Origin: Eledone cirrhosa
Taxonomy: Eukaryota
Reading direction: 5' to 3'
Assembly (NCBI GenBank): GCA_964016885.1
Contig: OZ024742.1
Span: forward strand, 328,910,001-328,974,000
Length of the DNA: 64,000 nt
The notes beneath the pieces are model-generated. The model worked only from the letters and a program-made list of their open reading frames with translations, made no database searches and was not told where the DNA came from. Positions 12,373 through 22,909 of this stretch are shown here, one piece after another. The translations under genes and the position numbers were made by a program. The first letter of the stretch is position 1, and every line of letters starts with the position of its first letter.

Positions 12373-12433
<61 letters not shown>

Positions 12434-12434
<1 letters not shown>

Positions 12435-15400
12435 TTTGAGTCTCAGTCATTGATGTTAGTTAACTGGAAAGTTTGTTGAAATGAATATCAAGCCACGACC
12501 TGCAGCCTCAGATATTCAGGACGTATCGGAGGGTTCTTGCTGTTCCCAGCAAGCATGCCTTTTGAAGCGTTCCAAAAAGCGTGAAGGGGCCAAATTTCTT
12601 TAACCATCCCTGGAAACTTTTTGAGATAGTACCTAGTGCGCCTATGACAATCTGGACCACTTTGACTTCATAGCAGTTCCAAATCCCTTTTACCTGCCAC
12701 TTTAAGTCCTGGTATCGGTTAATCTTCTCCCTCTCCTTCTCTTGTACTCTCGTGTAGAATGGGGATACCACATCCACAATCAGGCATGATCTTTTTTATT
12801 TGTCCACAACCACCAAGTCAAGTCTATTGTGTTCCAGTTTCTTGTCCGTCTGTATCCTAAAATCCCACAGCACCTACACCTGATCGTTTTCTATCACCGA
12901 CTCTGGCTTATGCCCATACCACTTCTCAGAATGTGGTAAATTGTTTACTTTGCATAGGTGCCAGTGGATCACCCTGCCCATCACATCATGTCTCCACTCT
13001 TTATAGTGAGTCTGGGCTAGGTGTTTACACTCGGATACAATGTGAGCCACAGTCTCCTCTCTCCACAGATCCTGCACAGTGGGCTAGCCTCCTCCTTGTA
13101 AATATGGTGTTTCAACCACTTCGTTTTGAGGGCCTGCTCTTGCGCAGCCATTAGCATTCCTTATGTAACCTTTTTAAGGTCTCCTCTTTTCAACCAGTTC
13201 CATGTCTGTGGATCTCTAAATTCAGTTTTCTCAAAGAAGGTACTATGAAGGGATTTTTCATGAAGGTTGCTCTTTCTCCTTGTAAATAGCTTCCTAGTCT
13301 TCCTATCCATTTCTTTTTGTTCAGCAACATTCCATCTCAGAATTCCCGCACTGTACCTAATAATAGACACAGCACGGGAATTTACTGCACTTATGGCATT
13401 CCTACTGTTCAGATGTGACTTTAATACGCTCCTTATTCTCCGAATGTATTCAGTTCTTATCAATTACTTCATTTCTTTCGTTCTTGATGTCATCAGCCTC
13501 CATAACACCCAAATTCTTGTATACTTCTTCAGTGTCAATTTCCTTTATCATCTCACCTGTTGGTACCTGGATTCCGTTACTTCTGCTCAATTTACCCCTC
13601 TTCATCACAAGGACTCCACACTTACTAATACCAAATTGCATACATTTATCATTGCTGAAAATACGGACAGTGTCAACAAGCACATCCAACTCCTTCTCAG
13701 TGTTCCCGAAGAGCTTAAGATCGTCCATGAAGGGAGGTGATTGATGGTAAGCCCTCCCTTTCCCAACCTGTATCCTGCTCCCACTTTTCGCAGTATACTG
13801 GTCAGGGACATCAGGGCAAGGACAAACAACAGAGGGGACAGACTATCTCCCTGGAAGATACCTCTCTTGATGTTCACGCTTCCCAAGGATTCTCCAGCTG
13901 ATGTTAACTCTGTTTCCGAGGACTTCATACTTTTGCGCAACAACTGTCTGATGTTATCTGCCACCCTGAAGATCTCCAGGCTTTTGGTGATCCAAGAATG
14001 AGGCACCATGTCAAATGCCTTTTTGTAGTCTATCCATCCCATGGCAAGACCAGTGTGTCTTCTCTTGCAATTCCTCATTACCATCTTATCAATAAGTAAC
14101 TGGTCCTTTGTACCACGGGACTTCTTTCGGCATCCTTTCTGTTCGTCCGGTAACAAGTTGTTTGTGTGGAGGTGATGGTAGATTTCCTCAGACATAATGC
14201 TTGTCAACAGTTTCCACATTACGGACAGACATGTGATAGGTATATAGTTGGTAACATCATTACCCTTGATTCGGTCTTTCATTATCAGAACTCTGGTACC
14301 TTTTGTCAACCACTCTGGTACCTCACCTGACATCAAGCAGTCATTGAACATGGTTGTCAGTTTCGGGTGGAGGGATGTTATAATTGTTATCCAATACCCC
14401 TGCACACCATCTGGGCCTGGTGATTTCCAGTTGGTTAGTTTTTTGGCCTGCCCCTTAAGAGTTTCAACTGTGATACTCAAATCAGTTTGTTGGTGTGCCT
14501 GTTCACTAATCTCCTTCTGTACTGTCTCAATCCACACTGCCTGGTCATTATGTTTAACATCCTGCTCCCATGTTCCTCTCCAGAATCTTTTAGTTTTTTC
14601 CGCCTCAGGGATCAAGTCGTTGCCTCTTTCTTTCCCTTCAAGCTGTCCAAACAGCATCTTCTGGTTGTTGTCGAACATGCGGTTCTATCTATACTGACTG
14701 ACTCTGTTCTAGTATCGCCTGATTTTTGCACTCTTTGCTACAATGCGTTGCTTCAGTTCCTGTATGATAATATTTAGCTTTTTCCTCCTAGTTTTGTACT
14801 TTATTTCCAGTCTATTTTTAGTGTCTATGTTTTTTAGTGTCCCATTCAGTAGGGACTCAAGCTTTCCAATGTCATTTCTCATTTCCCTGATTTGACCACT
14901 CAGTCGTTTCTTCCACCAAGGCTCTGATCTTTCTTGTTTGGTGTTTCTTCTCGCTTTTATACCAAGTAGTTTCCTCACCGTATTTGCTGTTTCTTTGAGG
15001 ATATTGTTGCACTGGTGAAGGCTCGTCGCCTCAAGGTATGGGATGACTTTGTTTACCTTAGCTGTTGTTTCTTTTAACTTTTTCCTGTCTACAAATCTTA
15101 GGTTCATAGGTTTCCCACTATCATTGTTCAATTCATCTATCACTAAGTTTAGAATATCAACCAAATCTTGTCCTAGCCCGTCAGCATTCACTCCTCAGTG
15201 GCCGTATCTCTGTTCCAGGTATTATTTATCTCAGCATTCAGATCAGTGTCTGCTTCGGGTGGTTCCTCCGTTCTCTCGACCTCTTCACCTTCATTTCCCA
15301 CTGGCTCGTTTGCCTGGCATACTCCACTCTCCATCTCCAAGCTAATCTCTCTGCTCAGTTCCTCCAGTTCCAGCTCGCTTATCCACCCATTAGTTCTTAT

Positions 15401-17058
15401 TACCCGAGCCTGCCCGGCCAATTTTTGTTCATCTAATTTAAATAGACCAATCTCGCTCCAGATGTTATGCATCCGTTCCCTATAGCCTTTCTCCTTGGGA
15501 TTACTCTTCAGGTAACATTGCATAACAGTTCTATTCAATTCTTTCGTCCAGTTGGTTCTAGTCGCTTTCCTTCTTCTTCTTCCTCCGACACCATCAGTAT
15601 TTGGTTGACAGCCAGGTCCCTGCTGCTGAGCCAGGGAGCACCTGTTGAGTGAGAGTCTGTCACATGACATGCTAGTCTCCATTTCACCGTTATTCGAACT
15701 GTTTAAGTTCGAAATTTAAACACTCTTATCGAGGATTGGCGAATGTATGGTTACATAACCACCGGTGATTTCATCACCTCCAGTGATTTCCTCACTCCCG
15801 GTGATTTTTGTGTGGCATTATCACGCTGTAGACGAATATAAATAAACAAACAAACAGGCAAAAAACCCCCGAAAAATGAATAAGCATAAGTTTCATTGTA
15901 ATGTAATGTTTGAATGTCTGACTTAATTTTTTCCTTCCCTTCTCTGTCGGTCTGTTTGTTTTTCTCTTCATTTTTCTTTTCTTTACGTTTTTCGTTGTTG
16001 CTGTGCTGCTTTGATTTTGATTTTTGGTTTTTTTGATTTTGACCGGGTCATCAATTCAGTCTATTTATATATTTTGAAGCCTTCCTCTTTTAGTGGGGAC
16101 ACTACGATGTAGCAGGGGTAGCGGGAGAGAATAGCGGCGGTAGCAATAATGAGGCAGTGGTGGTGGTGATGTGATCGTAGTACTGTAGTGATGGTGTTGA
16201 AGTTGGAGTAGAAATAGCGGTTGAGGCGACTTGACCAGAATTTTCAGCGTGGTAGTGGTGGTGGTGTTGGTGGTGAAATTAGCTTTAGCTATTTAGCTAT
16301 TTAGCCATTTTGCCATTTTTCTCCTTTTCGACTCTAACATTCCTGATCCAAAATTGAATATTAATCTTGTTTATTAATATTGTCTAGTGATACCGCCACC
16401 TTCCTCTTTCGTAAGTTAACAGAAGGTAATGGAGGAATAGCGGTAGTAGCAATGAAGGAGTGGTGGTGGTGGTGATGGGATAGTGGTAGTAATGATGGAT
16501 GGGTGGTGGCGGCGGTGACTGTAGTGATGGCGTTGTCGTTACTGAGTTTTGTTGAATAGATTGTATTTTTGTTTGATCGGTGAATCTATGCGGTTAGTCG
16601 CGTATATGTGTTGACATATACTTTTAATATTGGATTTAAACATTTTGTGAAGACTTGAGACAATAATAATAGTAATTATAATTATTATGCTGGGATTGGT
16701 GGTGGTGAAATTGCCGTTATCTGGCTGTTGTATTTAGTGTACACAGAGGAGTGATGGGGTAGGTGGTGTATCTAGTTTGTGGTGTTGGTGAAAGTGCTGT
16801 TATTTGGCTGTTCTATATAGTGTAGACAGAGGGGGTTTCCTTCCATTTATTACCATTTTCTTTTTTGAATGTAAAATGTATATTACAAAATTGAATATTT
16901 GAGCGATATAACAATATATTATGGATCCGAATCTTCCTGAGGCTTGAGTCTGGTGCTTTATGCATCATTTGTACTAAGAATTGTTATTTCACAATTGATT
17001 TAAATATGTGAAAAATCAAAAACTTACGAGAGCGATTTTTCATGACCTTCTTTCCACC
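12434..17058 (-). mobile_element. R4/Dong-clade non-LTR retrotransposon copy 1 (with long 5' leader, defective)
   Basis: RT + RLE remnants homologous to the ORF at 17185-20433; short 3'UTR then (AAT)n; bounded on both sides by ATT/AAT tracts. Assignment of 15683-17058 to the element is inferred from these boundaries. Confidence 0.85.
12508..15682 (-). pseudogene. Dong/R4 RT-RLE ORF, disrupted
   Basis: Pieces METSMSCD..., KSPGPDG, DYKKAFDMVPH, QGDSLSPLLF, MDD, ETVAHIVSEC, RHD, KINRY; multiple stops and frameshifts, and a 213 bp in-frame deletion at ~13283 relative to copy 2. Confidence 0.92.
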
Positions 17059-17098
<40 letters not shown>

Positions 17099-17110
17099 GT
17101 TATTGTTATT

Positions 17111-20100
17111 CCTTGAATCTCAGTCATTGATGTTGGTTAACTGGAAAGTCCGTTGGATTGAATATCAAGCCACTACCTGCAGCCTCAGATATTCAGGACG
17201 TATCGGAGGGTTCTTGCCGTTCCAAGCAAGCATGCCTTTTGAAGCGTTCCAAAAAGCGTGAAGGGGCCGATTTTCTTTAACCATCCCTGGAAACCTTTGG
17301 AGATAGTCCCCAGTGCGCCTATGACAATCGGGATCACTTTGACTTCATGGCAGTTCCAAATCCTTTTCACCTCCCACTTTAGGTCCTGGTATCGGTTAAT
17401 TTTCTCCCTCTCCTTCTCTTGCACTCTCGTGTCGAACGGGCAGGCCACATCCACAATCAGGCACGATCTTTTTTCTTTGTCCACAACCACCAGGTCAGGT
17501 CTATTGTGTTCCAGTTTTTTGTCCGTCTGTATCCTAAAATCCCACAGCACCTTCACCTGACTGTTCTCCATCACCGCCTCTGGCCTATGCTCATACCATT
17601 TCTCAGAATGTGGTAGATTGTTTACTTTGCACAGGTGCCAGTGGATCACCCTGCCCATCACATCGTGTCTCCAGCCCTTATAGTGGGTCTGGGCTAGGTG
17701 TTTACACTCGGACACAATGTGAGCCACAGTCTCCTCTCTCTCTCCACAGATCCTGCACAGTGGGCTAGCCTCCTCCTTGTAGATATGGTGCTTCAACCAC
17801 TTCGTTTTGAGGGCCTGCTCCTGCGCAGCCATTAGCATTCCTTCTGTAGCCTTTTTGAGGTCTCCTCTTCTCAACCAGTTCCATGTCTGTGGATCTCTAA
17901 ATTCAGTTTTCTCAAAGAAGGTACTATGAAGGGATTTTCCCTTAAGGCTGCTCTTCCTCCTTGATGTTATTTCCTCCTTGGGTATCCCCTGGCCTACTGT
18001 CCCCTCCTTCAGTACAGCTCTGAGCATTGGCTCCTTACTATAGGTCACGTATTTGTATAGGTTGTTTTTCTCCATCTGAACACAGTCCTCTATGCCGATA
18101 AGACCTCTTCCACCCTCAGATCTCCTTAGGTAGAGTCTATCGACATCACTCCTCTTGTGGAACATGTTGTAGATAGTCAATAGCTTCCTAGTCTTCCTAT
18201 CCATTTCTTTTTGTTCAGCAACATTCCATCTCAGAATTCCCGCACTGTACCTAATAATAGACACAGCTCGGGAATTTACTGCGCTTATGGCATTTCTGCT
18301 GTTCAGATGTGACTTCAATACGCTCCTTACTCTCCGAATGTATTCAGTTCTTAACAATTCCTTCATTTTTTTGTTCTTTATGCCATCAGCCTCCAGAACG
18401 CCCAAATACTTGTATCCTTCCTCAGAGTCAATTTCCTTTATCATCTCACCTGTTGGTATCTGGATCCCGTTACTTCTGCTCAACCTACCCCTCCTCATCA
18501 CAATGACTCCACATTTACCAACACCAAACTGCATACATATATCACTGCTGAAAATACGGACAGTGTCAACAAGCACATCCAACTCCTTGTCACTTTTCCC
18601 GAAGAGCTTAAGATCGTCCATGAAGAGGAGGTGATTGATGGTAAGCTCTCCCCTTCCCAACTTGTATCCTGCTCTCACTTTTCGCAGCATAATGGTCAAG
18701 GGCATCAGGGCAAGGACAAACAACAGAGGGGACAGGCTATCTCCCTGGAAGATACCACTCTTGATCTTCACGCTTCCCAAGGATACTCCAGTTGATGTCA
18801 ACTCTGTCTCCCAGGACCCCATACTCCTGCCCAGCAACTGTCTGATGTTATCTGCCACCCTGAAGATCTCCAGGCTTTTGGTGATCCAGGAATGAGGCAC
18901 CATGTCAAATGCCTTTCTGTAGTCTATCCATCCCATGGCAAGATCAGTGTGTCTCCTCCTGCAATTCCCCATTACCATCTTATCAATAAGCAACTGGTCC
19001 TTTGTACCACGTGACTTCTTTCGGCATCCTTTCTGTTCGTCCGGCAACAAGTTGTTTGTGTGGAGGTGATGGTAGATTTCCTCAGACACAATGCTCGTCA
19101 ACAGTTTCCACATTACGGGCAGACATGTGATAGGTCTATAGTTGGTAACATCATTACCCTTGATTCGGTCTTTCATTATCAGAACTGTGGTACCTTTTGT
19201 CAACCACTCTGGCACCTCACCCGACACCAAGCAGTCATTGAACATGGCCGTCAGCTTCGGGTGGAGGGATGTTAAATGTTTAATCCAATACCCCTGCACA
19301 CCATCTGGGCCTGGTGATTTCCAGTTGGTTAGTTTTTTGGCTTGCCCCTTAAGAGTTTCAACTGTGATACTCAAATCAGTCTGTTGCTGTGTCTGCTCAC
19401 CGATCTCCCTCTGTACTGTCTCAATCCACCCTGCCTGGGCATTGTGTCTAACATCCTGCTCCCATATTCCTCTCCAGAATGTTTTAGCTTGTTCCGCCCC
19501 AGGGATCAAGTCGGTGCCTCTTTCTTTCCCCTCAAGCTGTCCAAACAGCATCTTCTGGTTGTTGTCGAACATGCGGTTCTGTTTATACTGACTGACTCTG
19601 TTCTCGTATCGCCTGATTTTGGCACTCTTTGCTACAATGCGTTGCTTCAATTCCTCTATGATAATATTTAGCTTTTTACTCCTAGTTTTGTATTTTATTT
19701 CCAGTCTATTTTTAGTGCCTATGTTTTTTAGTGTCCCATTCAGTAGTGACTCAAGCTTTCCTATGTCATTTCTCATTTCCCCGATTTGCCCACTCAGTCG
19801 CTTCTTCCACCACGGCTCTGCTCTTTCTTGTCTGTTGTTTCCTCTCGCTTTTATACCAAGTAGTTTCCTCACCGTATTTGCTGTTGCTTTGAGGATATTG
19901 TTGCACTGGTGAAGACTCCTCGCCTCAAGGTATGGGATGACTTTGTTTACCTTAGCTGTTGTTTCTTTTAACTTTTTCCTGTCTACAAATCTTAGGTTCA
20001 TAGGTCTCCCACTATCATTGTTCAACTCATCTACCACTAAATTTAGGATGTCAACCGAATCTTGTCCTAGCCCGTCAGCATTCATCTCCTCAGTGGCCGT

Positions 20101-20465
20101 ATCTCTGTTCCAGGTATTATTTATCTCAGTATTCAGATCATTGTCTGCTTCGGGTGGTTCCTCCGCTCTCAGGACCTCCTCACCTTCATTTCCCGCCGGC
20201 TCGCTTGTCTGGCATACTACACCCGCCATCTCCAAGCCATTCTCTCTGCTCAGTTCCTCCAGTTCCAGCTCGCTTATCCACCCATTAGTTCTTATTACCC
20301 GAGCCTGCCCGGCCAATTTTTGTTCATCTAATTTAAATAAACCAATCTCGTTCCAGATGTTATGCATCCGTCTCCTGTAGCCCCTCTCCTTGGGGTTACT
20401 TTTCAGGTAGCATTGCATAACAGTTCTATTCAATTCTTTCGTCCAGTTGGTTCTGGCCCCTTTCC
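17111..20465 (-). mobile_element. R4/Dong-clade non-LTR retrotransposon copy 2 (5'-truncated)
   Basis: 3'UTR homologous to copy 1 followed by (AAT)n at 17059-17110; 5' end breaks at the Arg-coding GAA run. Confidence 0.93.
17185..20433 (-). CDS. Reverse transcriptase + restriction-like endonuclease (R4/Dong clade), lacking the first ~35 aa of copy 1
   Basis: 1082 uninterrupted codons; RT motifs NYRPITCL, DYRKAFD, QGDSLSPLLF, HLLFMDD, YKYLG; CRICGEREETVAHIVSEC knuckle, RHD, RPDLVVVDK...IVDV (PD-D) and EKINRY. Confidence 0.93.
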   Translation of the reverse strand: MNRTVMQCYLKSNPKERGYRRRMHNIWNEIGLFKLDEQKLAGQARVIRTNGWISELELEELSRENGLEMAGVVCQTSEPAGNEGEEVLRAEEPPEADNDLNTEINNTWNRDTATEEMNADGLGQDSVDILNLVVDELNNDSGRPMNLRFVDRKKLKETTAKVNKVIPYLEARSLHQCNNILKATANTVRKLLGIKARGNNRQERAEPWWKKRLSGQIGEMRNDIGKLESLLNGTLKNIGTKNRLEIKYKTRSKKLNIIIEELKQRIVAKSAKIRRYENRVSQYKQNRMFDNNQKMLFGQLEGKERGTDLIPGAEQAKTFWRGIWEQDVRHNAQAGWIETVQREIGEQTQQQTDLSITVETLKGQAKKLTNWKSPGPDGVQGYWIKHLTSLHPKLTAMFNDCLVSGEVPEWLTKGTTVLIMKDRIKGNDVTNYRPITCLPVMWKLLTSIVSEEIYHHLHTNNLLPDEQKGCRKKSRGTKDQLLIDKMVMGNCRRRHTDLAMGWIDYRKAFDMVPHSWITKSLEIFRVADNIRQLLGRSMGSWETELTSTGVSLGSVKIKSGIFQGDSLSPLLFVLALMPLTIMLRKVRAGYKLGRGELTINHLLFMDDLKLFGKSDKELDVLVDTVRIFSSDICMQFGVGKCGVIVMRRGRLSRSNGIQIPTGEMIKEIDSEEGYKYLGVLEADGIKNKKMKELLRTEYIRRVRSVLKSHLNSRNAISAVNSRAVSIIRYSAGILRWNVAEQKEMDRKTRKLLTIYNMFHKRSDVDRLYLRRSEGGRGLIGIEDCVQMEKNNLYKYVTYSKEPMLRAVLKEGTVGQGIPKEEITSRRKSSLKGKSLHSTFFEKTEFRDPQTWNWLRRGDLKKATEGMLMAAQEQALKTKWLKHHIYKEEASPLCRICGEREETVAHIVSECKHLAQTHYKGWRHDVMGRVIHWHLCKVNNLPHSEKWYEHRPEAVMENSQVKVLWDFRIQTDKKLEHNRPDLVVVDKEKRSCLIVDVACPFDTRVQEKEREKINRYQDLKWEVKRIWNCHEVKVIPIVIGALGTISKGFQGWLKKIGPFTLFGTLQKACLLGTARTLRYVLNI

Positions 20466-20503
20466 TTCTTCTTCTTCTTCTTCTTCTTCTTCTTCTTCTT
20501 CTT

Positions 20504-20563
<60 letters not shown>
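20466..20563. repeat. Compound microsatellite (TTC)~22 + (TTA)~10
   Basis: Directly visible; joins the Dong copy 2 5' end to the Tx1 A2 5' end. Confidence 0.97.
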
Positions 20564-20777
20564 GAATGCCATGGTTGACGGAGGCTCGGCTCTGTAAGGT
20601 ATAGTAATTTTTAACCGTTAAAACAATTGTAAATTGTTTAAAACTTGAACCAAATTGTTGATAAAGACACCCTCCTCCTCGTGAGAGGGGTCTTTCTGTC
20701 CGTTATTTGGCCCTTCGGGGTTAAATAACCAGTTATTGGGGTTTTGTACCCAATATTCATTTTAAACAAAAAACAAC

Positions 20778-22874
20778 ATGGCTACGAAAATGAAATTTCA
20801 TACGTCACTCCCACTCATTCCGTCTTCTTCTTCCTCAATCATCACTACAGCAGAGAGAAGATTGTCTCTCTCCCTCCCTTCTTTAAATGTGTCTCTCTCC
20901 CTCCCTTCTCTTTCGCAAGTGACGAAAGAAAAGAAAAGTCTCGTGCAAAGCGTGCAAGGTTTCACCACGACGACGACGACAGCGACGAAACAGGTGTGCG
21001 GGAAATACGAAAACCCAGTTCATTCGTCTGACGTCAGGAATAATAGCAGTAGCAGCCGTAATAACAACAGCAACAGTGACAATGAAAACAACAGTAGCAG
21101 CCGCAACAGCATCACCAGCAGCATAAACAACAACAGCATTAGCAGCAGCAACACCAACAACAACCACAGCAACAGCGGCGGAGGCAGTAGTCGTAGTACC
21201 TGCAGCAACAACAAAAGTACCAGCAGCTCTGACGACAACAACAACAGCAGAGAAAAACCAATCTCATTTGCAGGTATTGCGAAAAACTTGGAAACAATCC
21301 TCATAACAAATGAGGAATTAGAGGAAGCGAAGAAGATGGTGACAAAGAACGGACACCGAGCAATCTGCAAGGCAGCGAAAAATTTTTTCGAAACCCAAGA
21401 GCACTGTACGGTCACGTACCGTACAGTAAGTACAAAATCCCGTAGGGTGGAAAGAGCCACAGAGGCCCAAATACAAAAAGCCTTGGGGTCTGTGTGGCAG
21501 AGGAAAACGCACATCACCCGAGGCAAAAAATACGCCACCGTAGACGTACTTTTTGCCACACCCCAGGAGGCAAAGGCCCAATCAGTAGTGACCCTAAGGA
21601 GCGAGGAAATGGTGTTGGTGCCCTCCTACTGCGGGCAAAAAATTGTGAGGGTCAAACTGACCCACGTCCCCCCCGGAATGACCCCTTCTTGGCTGGCCGC
21701 GTCTGTCCTCGTCGGAATCGAGGACAAAACAACTGTACTGCAAGTACAGAAAAAAGTAAGAGAAGATTGGGTCGGCTCCTCCATTGAGATGCTAATCCAA
21801 ACCAACCAGGAGTGCATCGAAGCTATCCCGGATGTGATAGACTTCGATAACGGCACTCAACTGCCCATAAGTGTTGAGGGCAAACGCCCGAAATGCTTTC
21901 GCTGTGGATCGAAGACTCACCTCAGGGCCTTCTGCAACGAGAAGACCCTGAGAAAGGAGAAAACCCCCCTCCTTCCGAATCCGGCTCCACGGCTACCAGC
22001 AACAGGACAAGCGGCAACCAGGAACGATAGGTCCGTGGCACCCATACCCACTCCACGGAAATCAAAGACAGCAGCAGCAGTGGAAATATTAACAACAACA
22101 ACAGCAATACCAAATGCAGCTGCAACAGAGACTCCAGTGCAAACATCACCAACAACAACAAGTGAAAGAGTGGAGCTGGTACCCCTCCCCGACCTTACAG
22201 AATCAGACATGGAGTGTGAGGTGGGAGAGGGATGGCAAAAGGTCGCAAGAAGGCACAAACGCAGAAGCAGCGCATCGTCGCCTTTGAAAAGGGAGGAAAG
22301 AAATGAGAAAAGGGTAAAGTCTACTGCAAAGAGACCCACAGCAGCAACACCACCAACACCATCACCACCCACACCAGCACCACCATCACCACCGGCGACA
22401 ACCCCACCGCCAACAACACCTTCAACACCACCACCACAAGCACCAACATCGCAAACACAACAACAAAACACACACACCCAGCAACAACGACAAGAAAATA
22501 GCAGAACCACACCCCACCCCCAGAAAAACAAATGCACGGCAATAAATACACACAACAAGAAACTAATGACTTACATAATTGAACACACAGACATTTCACA
22601 ACAGGACTACATAATACCAGCACCAATCAAAACGCCAACTAACATAAGACTGCTAAAAATAGCACAGAAACAATACACAAATATTAAAACGAAATTCCCC
22701 AACGCAGTTGGTGATTTCAGGGACCTAGGAGGAACCATCAATCGAAGAGTATACTCAGACATTCTCTTAGAAGAGCCGACGACCAGCCGAAGGGACGATT
22801 CAACGGTCCCTTCACCAGACGATCAAGTGAAAAGGGATGTAAAAACCATCCCTCCTCTACCAAAAGTACGGTAA
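20778..22874 (+). CDS. Tx1 ORF1 protein (698 aa; low-complexity N-terminus, putative RRM-like region, CX2CX4HX4C knuckle, Pro/Thr-rich tail)
   Basis: Intact ORF upstream of ORF2; CFRCGSKTHLRAFC knuckle; the RRM assignment is by analogy to Tx1 ORF1s. Confidence 0.92.
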   Translation: MATKMKFHTSLPLIPSSSSSIITTAERRLSLSLPSLNVSLSLPSLSQVTKEKKSLVQSVQGFTTTTTTATKQVCGKYENPVHSSDVRNNSSSSRNNNSNSDNENNSSSRNSITSSINNNSISSSNTNNNHSNSGGGSSRSTCSNNKSTSSSDDNNNSREKPISFAGIAKNLETILITNEELEEAKKMVTKNGHRAICKAAKNFFETQEHCTVTYRTVSTKSRRVERATEAQIQKALGSVWQRKTHITRGKKYATVDVLFATPQEAKAQSVVTLRSEEMVLVPSYCGQKIVRVKLTHVPPGMTPSWLAASVLVGIEDKTTVLQVQKKVREDWVGSSIEMLIQTNQECIEAIPDVIDFDNGTQLPISVEGKRPKCFRCGSKTHLRAFCNEKTLRKEKTPLLPNPAPRLPATGQAATRNDRSVAPIPTPRKSKTAAAVEILTTTTAIPNAAATETPVQTSPTTTSERVELVPLPDLTESDMECEVGEGWQKVARRHKRRSSASSPLKREERNEKRVKSTAKRPTAATPPTPSPPTPAPPSPPATTPPPTTPSTPPPQAPTSQTQQQNTHTQQQRQENSRTTPHPQKNKCTAINTHNKKLMTYIIEHTDISQQDYIIPAPIKTPTNIRLLKIAQKQYTNIKTKFPNAVGDFRDLGGTINRRVYSDILLEEPTTSRRDDSTVPSPDDQVKRDVKTIPPLPKVR

Positions 22875-22909
22875 GTGGTCTTTCCCATCTTTTCCACTCT
22901 ATTTTAAAC

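Larger units (their letters stand above)
6489..12433 (+). mobile_element. Tx1/L1-clade LINE copy B (alternative 5'UTR and ORF1)
   Basis: Starts immediately after an ATT tract with an unrelated 5'UTR (GGCGACCTATG...); ORF2 and 3'UTR nearly identical to A copies; (ATT)20 tail 12374-12433. Confidence 0.93.

Noticed and set aside
20564-20640. HDV-like ribozyme at LINE 5' ends
   Set aside because: Hairpins are present but I could not build the nested double pseudoknot at the Tx1 or Dong 5' ends
21020-22626. Antisense ORFs (poly-Leu, poly-Val/Gly) recurring in each Tx1 copy
   Set aside because: Shadow frames of the low-complexity A/C-rich ORF1; the recurrence reflects copy identity only
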